In this document: positions 41,202 to 51,879 of the stretch, piece by piece
Position numbering within the stretch: position 1 is the first letter of the stretch
How the letters are laid out: each line of letters opens with the position of its first letter
NCBI RefSeq assembly: GCF_006345805.1
Contig: NC_043005.1
Coordinates: forward strand, 94,364,001-94,428,000
Source: Octopus sinensis
Lineage: Eukaryota
Direction: 5' to 3'
Length of the DNA stretch: 64,000 bases
Translations under genes and position numbers: made by a program
The notes under the pieces: generated by a model
The model's input: the letters and a program-made list of their open reading frames with translations, nothing else
What the model was told of the DNA's origin: nothing
Database searches by the model: none

Positions 41202-41752
41202 AGTAAAGAGTGAAAAAACTACAGAAGGCTTAAATGTTAAAAAATATATATATTTGCGTCAATATGTCTGAAGAATATTAGAAAATTTAAATAAGAAATT
41301 TTTTTCTCTTATAATGACATAATATAAAAAAAAGACCGGTTTCGCGTGTAGCTTTTCAAATTTCTTGCGACGTTATGTTTATGTTGAATAGAGTTTTCGT
41401 TATGTTTATGTTCAGGAGAGTTCTAAATAAGGGAAGGTAGTGAGTGATTTCTTCCAGTGTAAGGGAGATAATCGCTTAAAAATTTTTTCATTTCCCTTGG
41501 TGTGAATTTCTCTGTATCAGTATGTTCGGATGGTTGAGTCTGGGCTTATACTTTTCAATGAAGAATGTTTCCTTGTTTAGTCGTCGCAAGAAATTTGAAA
41601 AGCTACACGCGAAACCGGTCTTTCTTTTAAATTATGTCATTATAAGAGAAAAAAAAAAAAAAAAAAAATTTTCTAATATTCTTCAGACATATTGACGCAA
41701 ATATATATTTTTTTAAACATTTAAGCCTTCTGTAGTTTTTTCACTCTTTACT
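41202..41752 (-). mobile_element. Extremely truncated PLE: last GIY-YIG codons between 170-bp inverted pseudo-LTRs
   Basis: Arms at 41202-41372 and 41582-41752. The spacer's minus strand encodes LNKETFFIEKYKPRLN, comparable to EAVCIQEYKPTLN and ESHLINKYRPLLN in the other PLEs. Confidence 0.75.
41588..41626 (+). ncRNA. Minimal hammerhead, U3-A8 variant (inverted copy at 41328-41366)
   Basis: AAGAAA t TTGAAAA GC-tacac-GC GAAA CCGG TC^TTTCTT. One extra U sits before the core, and stem II has only 2 bp. Confidence 0.62.
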
Positions 41753-42025
41753 ATATATTCACCCACGTGCTTTCACAAACCAACTTTCTTATCTATATGT
41801 ATATATATATATATATATATATAAACTTTTAAATATGAAATATATGTTCTCAAGCCGATAAATTGACTGCCGCTAATTATTAGCTGCAGGCTGGTTTTTC
41901 GAGTCTCAGCGCGCCAAAAGTAGAGGCATTTGAAAGATACATCCGAACTTAATAGGTTGTACTTTTTGCATACGGGACTCCGGTACCGTTTTTCATCTAG
42001 TATAGCATATTATGCTCATAACAAA

Positions 42026-42087
42026 CTGCGCTGACGAAGCTACAGATATCCTTGTGATATTAATAGCTGAAACCGTTCGGTACGCAG
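42026..42087 (+). ncRNA. Canonical type I hammerhead ribozyme
   Basis: CTGCG CTGACGA AGCTA-cagatatccttgtgatattaa-TAGCT GAAA CC-gttc-GG TA^CGCAG. All three stems are Watson-Crick, with predicted cleavage after 42082. Confidence 0.92.
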
Positions 42088-42529
42088 GTGATTATTCCAT
42101 TTCGTATATTTCTTTTGTCTTATCTATTGCTTTAGGTCGTGCTGAATTTTATTTTATTTGAGAACAAAATCTTTGTGGAGAATGGCGATTTGACGTCTAT
42201 ATCTAGCATGTTGACTGTCCACTTTTTCGTGTTCAGTCCTTAATTGGTATATATAAATATTTTAATCTTCGGATTCTTTTTAATGTGCTAGACCACTGGT
42301 TTTAATTGACTAATATCAATTTTTACCCTTAATTTTTAAATATGAAATATATGTTCTCAAACCGATAAATTGACTGCTGCTAATTATTAGCTGCAGGCTG
42401 GTTTTTCGAGTCTCAGCGCGTCAAAAGTAGAGGCATTTGAAAGATACATCCGAACGTAATAGGTTGTACTTTTTGCATACGGGACTCCGGTACCGTTTTT
42501 CATCTAGTATAGCATATTATGCTCATAAA

Positions 42530-42591
42530 CTGCGCTGACGAAGCTACAGATATCCTTGTGATATTAATAGCTGAAACCGTTCGGTACGCAG
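42530..42591 (+). ncRNA. Canonical type I hammerhead ribozyme (second copy)
   Basis: Identical to 42026-42087, with predicted cleavage after 42586. Confidence 0.92.
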
Positions 42592-42843
42592 GTGATTATT
42601 CCATTTCGTATATTTCTTTTGTCTTATCTATTGCTTTAGGTCGTGCTGAATTTTATTTTATTTGAGAACAAAATCTTTGTGGAGAATGGCGATTTGACGT
42701 CTATATCTAGCATGTTGACTGTCCACTTTTTCGTGTTCAGTCCTTAATTGGCATATATAAATATTTTAATCTTCGGATTCTTTTTAATGTGCTAGACCAC
42801 TGGTTTTAATTGACTAATATCAATTTTTACCCTTAATTTTTAA

Positions 42844-42874
<31 letters not shown>

Positions 42875-42951
42875 TGCAGCGTGGAAGGTGTTTATAAGCC
42901 ATTTAAGAAACACACAAAAGCCGTTCGATTCACTTCAACATTTAAGTTTAA

Positions 42952-43001
42952 TTTGTCAAAATATTTTCGTGGCTAAAATCCGCGACCTGTTCACTGACAA
43001 A
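42952..43001 (-). ncRNA. Hammerhead-like motif with G3-C8 core swap
   Basis: Reverse complement: TTTGTCA GTGAACA G GTCGC-ggatttta-GCCAC GAAA ATAT TT^TGACAAA. Stem I is a perfect 7 bp, stem II pairs 4 of 5, and stem III is the palindrome AATATT. Confidence 0.6.
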
Positions 43002-43736
43002 AATCCGTGCTGCATCTGCGAAAGTAACAGTCAGTTCGTCATATATATGTACGTATGTATGTGTGTATGTATGCATACATGTGTGTATGTATGTACGTAT
43101 GCATGCACGTACATACGCCTGTGTATGCATGTATGTATGTATGTATGTATGTATGTGTGCGTATATGCACGCACATACACACTATAAACATAAAGCTATA
43201 AACCTGTAGCGATGGATAGATGTAGAGTGACCACTCATCACAATAATATCAAATTTCAACTTCCCCCGGCCGAAGCCTGGAAGTGATTTACGACCCTTAC
43301 TCCCAAAACTATACCCTAAAACCTATTATCAGATATTTATCTCTATATCACAGAACTTTTGTTTTACTATTGTGCGTATGTATGTATGTGCGTATGTATG
43401 TATGTATGTATGTATGTGTGTATGTACATACGTACGCATGTGCGTATGTATGTATACGCGCACGTATGCATGTGCCCATGTATGTGTGTGCGTACATGTA
43501 CGTGCGTATGTACGTGTGTATGCCCATACGTAGGTATGCATGTATGTTTGTATTCATGTGCTACGTATGTATGTGAGTGTCTAGGAGAATGGGCAGACGT
43601 GTCTGTGAGAGTGTGTACATGTGTATGTGTATGTGAACGTATGTCCGTGTACTGGCATGTGTCCGTCCAAGTTGTGTACATGACTGTTAGTTTGTTGAAG
43701 GTTGTATACATATTCACATATATGTTTGTATAGACG

Positions 43737-43786
<50 letters not shown>

Positions 43787-43931
43787 GGTGTGTGTTTGTT
43801 CCTCTCATCACCGTCTAACTGTGAATGGATACAACGCCTAAGTGCAACTGTACGTATCAAATAACGTACGCTCATACTGTTATATATAACTGCACATACG
43901 CATTGCAACCTGTATGTAAGGACTACAAGTA

Positions 43932-44027
<96 letters not shown>

Positions 44028-44029
44028 GG

Positions 44030-45244
44030 TTATAGAATAGTCCTTCTGAATGGGATCTGGATGTTACTCCATTCGGACTTTCGGTTGAGAGTAGGTTTGT
44101 ATTCTTGTATACAAACTGCTTCTGTGACCTGTCTCAACATTGCATCGGTGGGATGTGTTGATAGGATGTTCAACTTAAGTTTCCCTAAGGATCCTTTGTG
44201 GCAGTCTACAGCATGTTGGTAGAAGATGAAGTTTGGCTTCCTTTCAATGTAGTTGTCCAGGTGTTCTTTGAACCTATCATTGATGCTTCTAGAAGTCTCA
44301 CCTATGTATGACTCTGGGTTAGTCGCGCAAGCTCCCTCCTGGCACTTAATCTGGTATACAGTGCCCTTGGTTTTACCATTTACATGTGGATTTGTCGAAC
44401 ATACTGCACAATTACTTTGACAGGTGATTCTATCAAATGAATATGATCTGCATAATGCCGATTTGATAGTCCTACCTGTCTTTTCTACAACTTTAATTTT
44501 TAGGCCCGTAGTGCGCAGGATTTTCTTGAATGCCTTACTTAGCTCGTTCTTAGGTGTGGCGTCAACGAACATTACTCCGTGAAATCTCCTGTTATCGTAC
44601 CAAGTAACGTTTCTCATCCTTTTGTTGGTGTCCCTCTCTAACCTATTCCAGAACTTGTTGCGGTATAGGGGGCATATACCGTTTTCGTCGTTCCTTAGAA
44701 TGCGTTCGAATCTAGCTTTCGCTCTTTTGTACACCCTGACTCTATCGTCTTGTGTGTATCCGGAGTGTTGCATTCGGAATATGTAGTGTTGGATGTGTTG
44801 TTGTCGTTCTTGTGGTTGGCATAGTGGTGATACATTCCTCATTACTCTAATTAAGTCTGCCACTAGGATGTTGAGTTTGGCAGTATCCGACATAGCTGAG
44901 TCACTACGGATTACTAGTGGATCAGCCATCGGTTTCTGATAGTGTGAGTGGAGTATACAGGGTTTAATGGTTCCATTAACCATAGCATCTTCCATCCATA
45001 GCTCAGTATCTAGGACGGGTAATCGTTTACTGGGGTGTTTAGAGGGGTAGTCTATGGTAAATTTTATACTGCTGTGGATAGGGTCAGCTATGTGTTGTAT
45101 AGATGTCATCACCTGTTCTTCACTTGGTAGAGGGCCCATAACTGTGTCTGTATTATATTTCACAACAAGGTTAATGGCGATGAAATTTTCTTTATTATGA
45201 TAAATTGATCTAACATAGAATGGGTACATTACAGGAGAAAACAA
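44030..45244 (-). CDS. Divergent Penelope-like element ORF (RT C-terminus/thumb + GIY-YIG), 5'-truncated, Naiad-like
   Basis: Uninterrupted 404-codon frame with FTIDYPSKH..RLPVLD, DSAMS..ILV..RVMRNVS, SGY, Cys linker, TVYQIKC..YIGETSR..R..EH and E..I..KP.LN. Homology starts near codon 36. The clade call is an inference. Confidence 0.85.
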   Translation of the reverse strand: MFSPVMYPFYVRSIYHNKENFIAINLVVKYNTDTVMGPLPSEEQVMTSIQHIADPIHSSIKFTIDYPSKHPSKRLPVLDTELWMEDAMVNGTIKPCILHSHYQKPMADPLVIRSDSAMSDTAKLNILVADLIRVMRNVSPLCQPQERQQHIQHYIFRMQHSGYTQDDRVRVYKRAKARFERILRNDENGICPLYRNKFWNRLERDTNKRMRNVTWYDNRRFHGVMFVDATPKNELSKAFKKILRTTGLKIKVVEKTGRTIKSALCRSYSFDRITCQSNCAVCSTNPHVNGKTKGTVYQIKCQEGACATNPESYIGETSRSINDRFKEHLDNYIERKPNFIFYQHAVDCHKGSLGKLKLNILSTHPTDAMLRQVTEAVCIQEYKPTLNRKSEWSNIQIPFRRTIL

Positions 45245-45534
45245 TTACAAAAATGCTATGCGAGTTCGAATGAAATTATAAAAATTACAAAATTAAAATT
45301 TTATGTAACTTGAACGAAAACTTGGCTTACTTTGCCTTGAAACGAAACCTTGGCTTACTTTTGCCTTTATCACGAGAACTTTAGTGCGTATGTTTTCTTT
45401 TCTTTTCTTTTTTTTATTATTAAGTCTTTATTTTAAACAGTTATGTACAGTGAAAGGTAATGGGAGGTACCAGTTTCAATTTTGAACCCGGCAGCCTATA
45501 AACCCCAGCAGCTGATTTTTCCTTTCCTCGATGG

Positions 45535-48500
45535 TTAAGCTGGGTTACTCTCACCCACCTTTCTCATCACATCCTTCCAACGTTCCATATACTCTTTCTG
45601 TGGAAGGCTCCTCTTCTCCAACCCCATCTTGCTCTTCAGATGATATCCGAAGTATTTTAACAAACCGGGGCCAGAGATAAAGGACCCTTTCACTAGACCT
45701 TCCACTCTAGTTCTCCATACACACTCTTTCAATACTGCCACCGTACAGTAAAAACAAGCCTTACCTTCCTTTGAGAGTCCAGTTAGCGGTATCATCTTAA
45801 TCATAGATCCAGCCGACAACTGTACTCGTCCCAGATGCGACAACACGTGTTCCACGTAACTTATCAAGCCTGACAGCTCCCGACATTGTACAAAAGCGTG
45901 TTGAACGGTTTCATCGTCCAACCCACATCTTGGACACGTCGGTGGCACTGACATTCCGTGCCTGGATAACTTCTCGCGAACAGGTAATGCATTCCTATAG
46001 CACTGCCAGGTCAGGGATTTTTGGTAATTATCCAAATACCCCGGCCTGAAAGTCTTCTTAAACAGGTTGGAGAGTTGATCCTCATCGAACCCCAGAGCCC
46101 TTCCTAGGACGTCGTCATTTTTTCCTCCTACCAGCCCTTTATAGAACACCGAGGTGGTATTCCCGCTGCCGGCCTTACCCATCTTGTGGATCAGCCAGAG
46201 TGCCTGTCAGCACTCCTTCTGCCATGAAGTCAGTTTACGTCCTTTAATGAGACCGGGTGTAAATCCCTCCATAGAGGCCGGTCGCGGGAAGAATTCCTCT
46301 GCCAGCGAACTCCACACCTTATCATCCTCCAGGTAACACCAGAGGTGTCTCAGCCTCAACGCATGCTTGCGCATCATTAGCCAAGGCATCCCCAGTCCAC
46401 CCTTTAGCGGTTCCTGGCAACACACGGAGCGGCTCACAGGTGGCTTTCCTCCTTTCCACAAAAATCGGAAAAGGAGTCGTTCCAACTTGTTTAACCACGA
46501 ATCGGGGCAAGGCACGACGGTCAGGCGGTAGGTGACGACAGAGGCTATAAACATCTGTGCCACCTCCGCCCTCCCTTTCAAGGAAAGATGCCTTCCGGAC
46601 CACTTCCGTACTATGGCATCCACCTTGCTCGTTACCTCGCTCCAATTCTTCTCCGTCTGGGAGTCTGGACCAAACCAGACTCCGAGCAATTTAACAGGAC
46701 CATCCGTCCAGTGTCCAACAACACTGGACGGTATCGGCTTGTTCCTCCAGGTGCCGAGGCGCAAACCGATGGACTTGTCCCTGTTAACTTTTGCCCCTGC
46801 CACCGCTTCGTATCTATGGAGAGCACCTACTACCCGAGGTAGCTGTGTTCCGTTGGACACGATGAGGGTGACGTCATCCGCATAGGCAGAAACAGAAACA
46901 GACTTACCGCATCCGATTTCATTAGGGTTGCCTCCCAACTTCTCCAGCTTCCGCAGCAATGGCTCAAGAGCCAAAACATACAGGAGCGGGGACAAGGGGC
47001 ACCCTTGACGAACTGAACGCTTGATCGAAAACGGCTCCGTTAGGTAACCGTTTATCTGGACTGTGGACTTGATGCCGCTGTACATAGCTGAGATCCACCC
47101 GCAGAAGCCAGGGCCCAGCCCAGCCGCTTCGAGAACCGCCGCCAAGTACCGATGGTCTACCCTATCAAACGCTTTACTTTGGTCTAAATGGACCAATGCC
47201 CCTCCTTTGCCGTCTAATTTCCCGACCCTATCTATAGTGTAGCGGAGAAGGTGAAGATTATCCTGGATCGACCTGCCTGGGATTGCACATGTCTGTGCCT
47301 TCCCGACGAGTTTCCCCACGACAGCCGTCAACCTTTTTGCTAACACCTTGGCAAAATCTTAAACTCTACATTAAGTAGAGTTATGGGCCTGTAATTACTA
47401 ATACTGTCCACCTTGCTCGGGTCTTTCTGGACCAGCGTCACAACTCCCCGACTCACAGAGCTGGGAATCCTCCCATTCTGTTGCCAGTTTGCATAGACGC
47501 TTGCCAGTATGTCCCCGAACAAGTCCGGCATACAACAATAAACTTCATAGGGTAGACCATCCAATCCCGGTGACTTTTCCCCGGCGCACTCGGCCATAAC
47601 CCCTCTTACCTCTGTGGGAGAGATCGATCCTTCACAGCACTCCGCCTCACCTGCCGAGAGCCGAGGCCCACCAGCTAGGAAGTCCTTTAAGGTCTCCCCA
47701 CGCTCGAGCGGACCACCGCCCCCAAACAGCCGTGCGAAATGCTGGTGAAGGACCTTCTGCATCTCCTCCTGTCCATAGATCTTGCGGTCCTGCTCGTCAG
47801 TTAAGGACATAATACAGGACTTTTTGCCCTTCTGACTCTCCTCACGACGGGCCCATCCGGCAACGTTAATACCTTCTCGTTTTCCTGCACGTAACTTAGC
47901 TCTGACTCTACACCCCTCGTGCTTGGCGTTGAGGTGACGGTACAATACCGTTCTCGCTGCCAACACTCCGGATGCACAGCCAGATTCCATAGCTTCGTCT
48001 AAGTTCTTAACTAATTCGCCCTCTATTCTAGTCCTATCTAAACGTAGCTGCTTGCTAAATCTAATGGACTCCAAACGGATGGCTCTTTTGAGGGCGAACC
48101 ACCATCTATTATTAATGATGGTGCCACATAATGCTCTCTGTACTAATTCCTTAATCCGGGTACGGAAAGCTTCACAGGTCAAAATAGACTTGTTCATCTT
48201 CCAGTACCCGGGACCTTGTCTATGGCATTTATCTACATGTACCTCACACGTTACAAGTTTGTGATCCGTGTAAGGCACAACAGAGAATTGTGGACAGCTA
48301 ACACTATTCCTATCTCGTTCCTTAACAAATACTCTATCTATGTACGATCTGCGTGAGCCGTCGTTATTACTCCACGTCCACTGTGGAACGTTCGGCTCAT
48401 CCAGTCGAAAACGGTCTACTAGATTAAAGCTCGCTAGTAGAGCCTTGAGGCCAGGATTCCCCTTCCTATCGCTCGAGCCTACACCATCCACCCGCGCATC

Positions 48501-48930
48501 GAGAATGGTGTTGAAATCCCCTACCAAGACTACCGTTTTGGACGTCACTAGAAAGTGCTCCAGTTCCCGAAAAAAACCGGTCTGTCCACGTCCGTTAAGG
48601 AGCGTAGACAGCCACCAACCTGAAGGACTGCTTACTCACGTGCGTCACATCTAGGACAACCAGCCTACCTTCTGGGTCCAAAAAGACAGTACTTACCTGT
48701 AAGTCCAAGTTCTTCCTGAAAAGAACTGCCACGCCTGCACCTCCCTCTCGGCTAGGAGAAATAAATTTCTCGTAACCATTGAGAAGTGGTGAGAACGCTT
48801 GGGATCCTTTTATCTTGGACTCGGTAACAATAGCTACATCGATTCTATGTGAAATGAGGTCGTCACGAAAACAAGCCTGCTTCCATTTCGATCCCATTCC
48901 ACGCACATTTATACAACCTAACTTAATCAT
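45535..48930 (-). pseudogene. Tx1 ORF2 (APE + RT), frameshifted
   Basis: Pieces 48595-48930, 47340-48548, 46207-47346 and 45535-46182 contain LGCINVRG, VYAP, GDFN, YTDHK, LDQSKAFDRV, VRQGCPLS, AYADD and CPRC..ETVQH. Confidence 0.93.
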
Positions 48931-48953
48931 CGAGAAAAAAGAAAATTATTTAC

Positions 48954-50454
48954 TCACGGTTGCGAGAGGGAGCCTGACAGATTCTTTCTGCCTGTCTCCC
49001 CCCCACTCGCCGTTGCTGCTGGGTGTTTCACCGGCGTTGCCACCGGGCTCTGGGTTGGTGTGGCTGCCGGGCTAACGTGTAATTTCCCAGTTGTCACCTT
49101 CTGGGTGACATCCTTAATGAAGCCGGCTTTTACGTGGCTTTGTAAGGTTTTGTCTTTCCATCCTTCTTCGCCGACCCTTCCATATCGCCACTCCGCTTCC
49201 TTCTCGGTCGCTTTGTAGCACCTAATCAGCGTACTTACTTTCACCCATGTTTCTACTCTCACGTTCTTTGTGGTGTATGCAATAATTTTTTCGTTGGGTC
49301 TAAACCCTTTTACAGTTGGGGGGTGGGGTTTGTTAAAGTGCTGGCCTATAAGTGTAGTACCGCCGGGGTGGGATTGGAGAATATTTTTAATTTGTTCGTC
49401 TGCGTTGTTTTTTTTTTTTGATACGGGTGGGGAGTCAGGGGTGATGGATTTTTTCCTTTTGTTGGACACGTTCGTAAATTCCATGTCTTCTTGTATATTT
49501 GTTTTTGTTGTATTAATTTCCTCCTCCTTTCCTTTCTCATTTTGCATTTCGTTCTTGTCTTCCTCCTTTTTGGAGTTCGACCTGTTTATTTTTTCCTCCT
49601 TGCTTTCGCCAGCCGTTATTTTTTTCTCCACTTTGCTGCTTTCTGCGTTCTTCACAGCGTTTTGTGGGGGCGGGGGGCGGGGGGCGTTGCCCGCATTATT
49701 TTTTTTTTTGTGCAAACGGAGCGAACGTGGCCCTTTTGCCCGCACTTAAAACATCTGGGCCTGCGTCCTTCCACCGAAACTCGTATGGAGTGCCCCTCCC
49801 CCACGAAGACTCTGTCTGGTAGGCTTTCCAACGTCGCATTTTCCGCCTGGATTATCATCTCCAGCTGCTGGCCTCTCCAGTGTTTTGCAATTTTCCTCTT
49901 CATACTCAAAATTGTCAATTTTGATTCAACATCAAAAATGACCGCTGTTGCCGCCCACATCACGTCGTAGCCCGTTGGTATATCTTCTAGGGTCACTTTT
50001 GCGGTTCTGCATCCTAAATATAAGGATAGCAGTATTATACTCTCGTTTTTCAACGTTTGTGTTGAAATTTGCCTTGCTACTTCCGCCGTCTCAAAATGCG
50101 CCTCCACTGTAGCGCTTCTTGCACCTCGGTTGACATGACTAACTTTACTCCATATTGGAGCTATACACTTTTCGACCATTTCGTTTTTTACGTCGGTCAT
50201 TCGTTTTTCTTTAATATTGTACACCTTGTAGGTGATCATTTTTTCCTTTATTGCCTGTATAGTTTCGGGGGGGGGGCGGTAACAATCGTGTTTCTTCACC
50301 ACTTTTTGGCACCAGCGGTCTGAACTTGAATAGTATTTCCATTGATACCTCCATTTCTTCGACTGGGTTTTGCCTGTGTTTCCTTTTGTTTAACAGTTGT
50401 TATACTTTCTCCCATCTCGGGAAAGTCTTTTTTTGAACTTAAGTCTAATTCCAT
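48954..50454 (-). pseudogene. Tx1 ORF1 with CCHC zinc knuckle, frameshifted
   Basis: Pieces 49652-50302 and 48954-49745, with a probable ATG at 50454 (MELDLSSKK..). Confidence 0.82.
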
Positions 50455-50783
50455 ATTAGACAACACAAACTTGTCACAAATGACAAGAGAATTTTCTTTT
50501 TCAAAAATAACCTATACAGGTTAAGAGTTCACACAAAAAAACACACAGAAATTTTCTACCCCGAAGGGCGAAAATTACTGGGTCAAAAACAGTTCAACAA
50601 TGATATTACGTGTAACACGACAAAGTAGACAAACGGAAACGAACTCACATAACGATTTGCAGCAACAGAAAAATATTGGTATACGCCGAGGAAAAATTCA
50701 AAAAACACCAGGTCGCGATAAAAGTGAAGGCTTCTTTGCAAATATATATAACTTTTTCTAATGGCGTCGAAAAACGAACAGTA

Positions 50784-51157
50784 AGCATAATTAAATCTCA
50801 GAATGAGATTGAAACAGTAATCGCTCGATAATGTAAAGTATAGAAGCCATCTTATCATGGCTAACCACATTGGGGAGGGGGTGTTACTGTAGCTTTATAG
50901 CCTGTTGACGAGGGACAACAATCCCGAAACTAGTTCGAGCGTATCACTCAGGCTTGCGAGGAAGGGATGGCCTCCCTTTGCAAATACTCCAAGGACACTG
51001 ATATTGTGTCTAAAGCCAGCTAGAGACGAAGATCTCTTGGGGCTATAAAGCTACAGTAACACCCCCTCCCCAATGTGGTTAGCCATGATAAGATGGCTTC
51101 TATACTTTACATTATCGAGCGATTACTGTTTCAATCTCATTCTGAGATTTAATTATG

Positions 51158-51159
<2 letters not shown>
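50784..51159. repeat. 119-bp inverted repeat (50784-50902 / 51041-51159) enclosing a hammerhead-like motif; PLE pseudo-LTR-like
   Basis: The arms are reverse complements, followed by (TA)n. Confidence 0.8.
50897..50944 (+). ncRNA. Hammerhead-like motif (U3-G8, imperfect stem I)
   Basis: TTGACGA GGGA-caacaa-TCCC GAAA CTAG TT. Stem III is the palindrome AACTAGTT. Confidence 0.5.
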
Positions 51160-51205
<46 letters not shown>

Positions 51206-51209
51206 TATA

Positions 51210-51414
51210 GTTAATCCAAGCATGAAAACACAAAGAGAAAACACAACAACGCGAGGACGTGGAACAAGTATAGTATTATTTGACGCTCAGGAAAGGAAGG
51301 AAAGAAGAAGGGTTTAATGTTTCGAGCGGAGCTCTTCGTCAGAAACATAGGAAAAGGAAAGATCCACGGAAGGGAAGACGGAGGAAAAAATCGCCAGCGG
51401 TACACACGCGGTCA
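51210..51414 (-). repeat. Third copy of the 12.3-kb hammerhead unit (motif at 51313-51345)
   Basis: Reverse complement: TTT CTGACGA A GAGC tcc GCTC GAAA CAT TAAA. Flanked by (TA)n. Confidence 0.8.
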
Positions 51415-51879
51415 TATATATATGTATGAACTTGTGTGTGTCTTTATATCTGTGTTTGTCCGTCACCACTTGACAACCAGTGTTGTTAGCAGTTTGATAA
51501 AGAGAACCAATAAAATGAGTATTACACTTGAAAATATGTAGATACTGGGACCGATCTGTTCAACTAAAACTCTACAAGTTAATGTCCCAACATGGTCACA
51601 ATACAGTAACTGAAACAAGTAAAAGAAAAAAGATAGTGAAAAGAATGCAATTTCTTTTGAGATACACTTTTGGAAATTTTTCAAAATAATGCCCACCTGC
51701 TCTAGTTATTGCTAAATGGTTGTTGACCCCATGTTAATTTCATTCGCCCTTTTGACAGGCTTTGTTTTTGTTCTGCTGATTTTGTAACGGTTGTCATAGG
51801 TGACAACCACGATATTACAGGTTGAGCTATATCTTTAGCGTGAATGCGCGTGGCTTAGTGGTTAGGGCATTCGACTCAC

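Larger units (their letters stand above)
41827..42845 (+). mobile_element. Head-to-tail dimer of a ~505-bp non-coding unit with a canonical hammerhead (retrozyme-like)
   Basis: Units at 41827-42333 and 42334-42845 are nearly identical, have no ORF, and are flanked by (TA)n. Confidence 0.88.
45396..50680 (-). mobile_element. Second Tx1-clade LINE family (copy C), near full length
   Basis: ORF1 with RRPRCFKCGQKGHVRSVC, ORF2 with APE and RT, then AATAAA and an A-rich tail near 45396-45430. The 5' end is approximate. Confidence 0.92.

Noticed and set aside
43790-43930. SECIS element downstream of the Naiad-like ORF
   Set aside because: An AUGA precedes a hairpin, but the 3' GA quartet and apical AA are not in place, and the ORF has no in-frame UGA.
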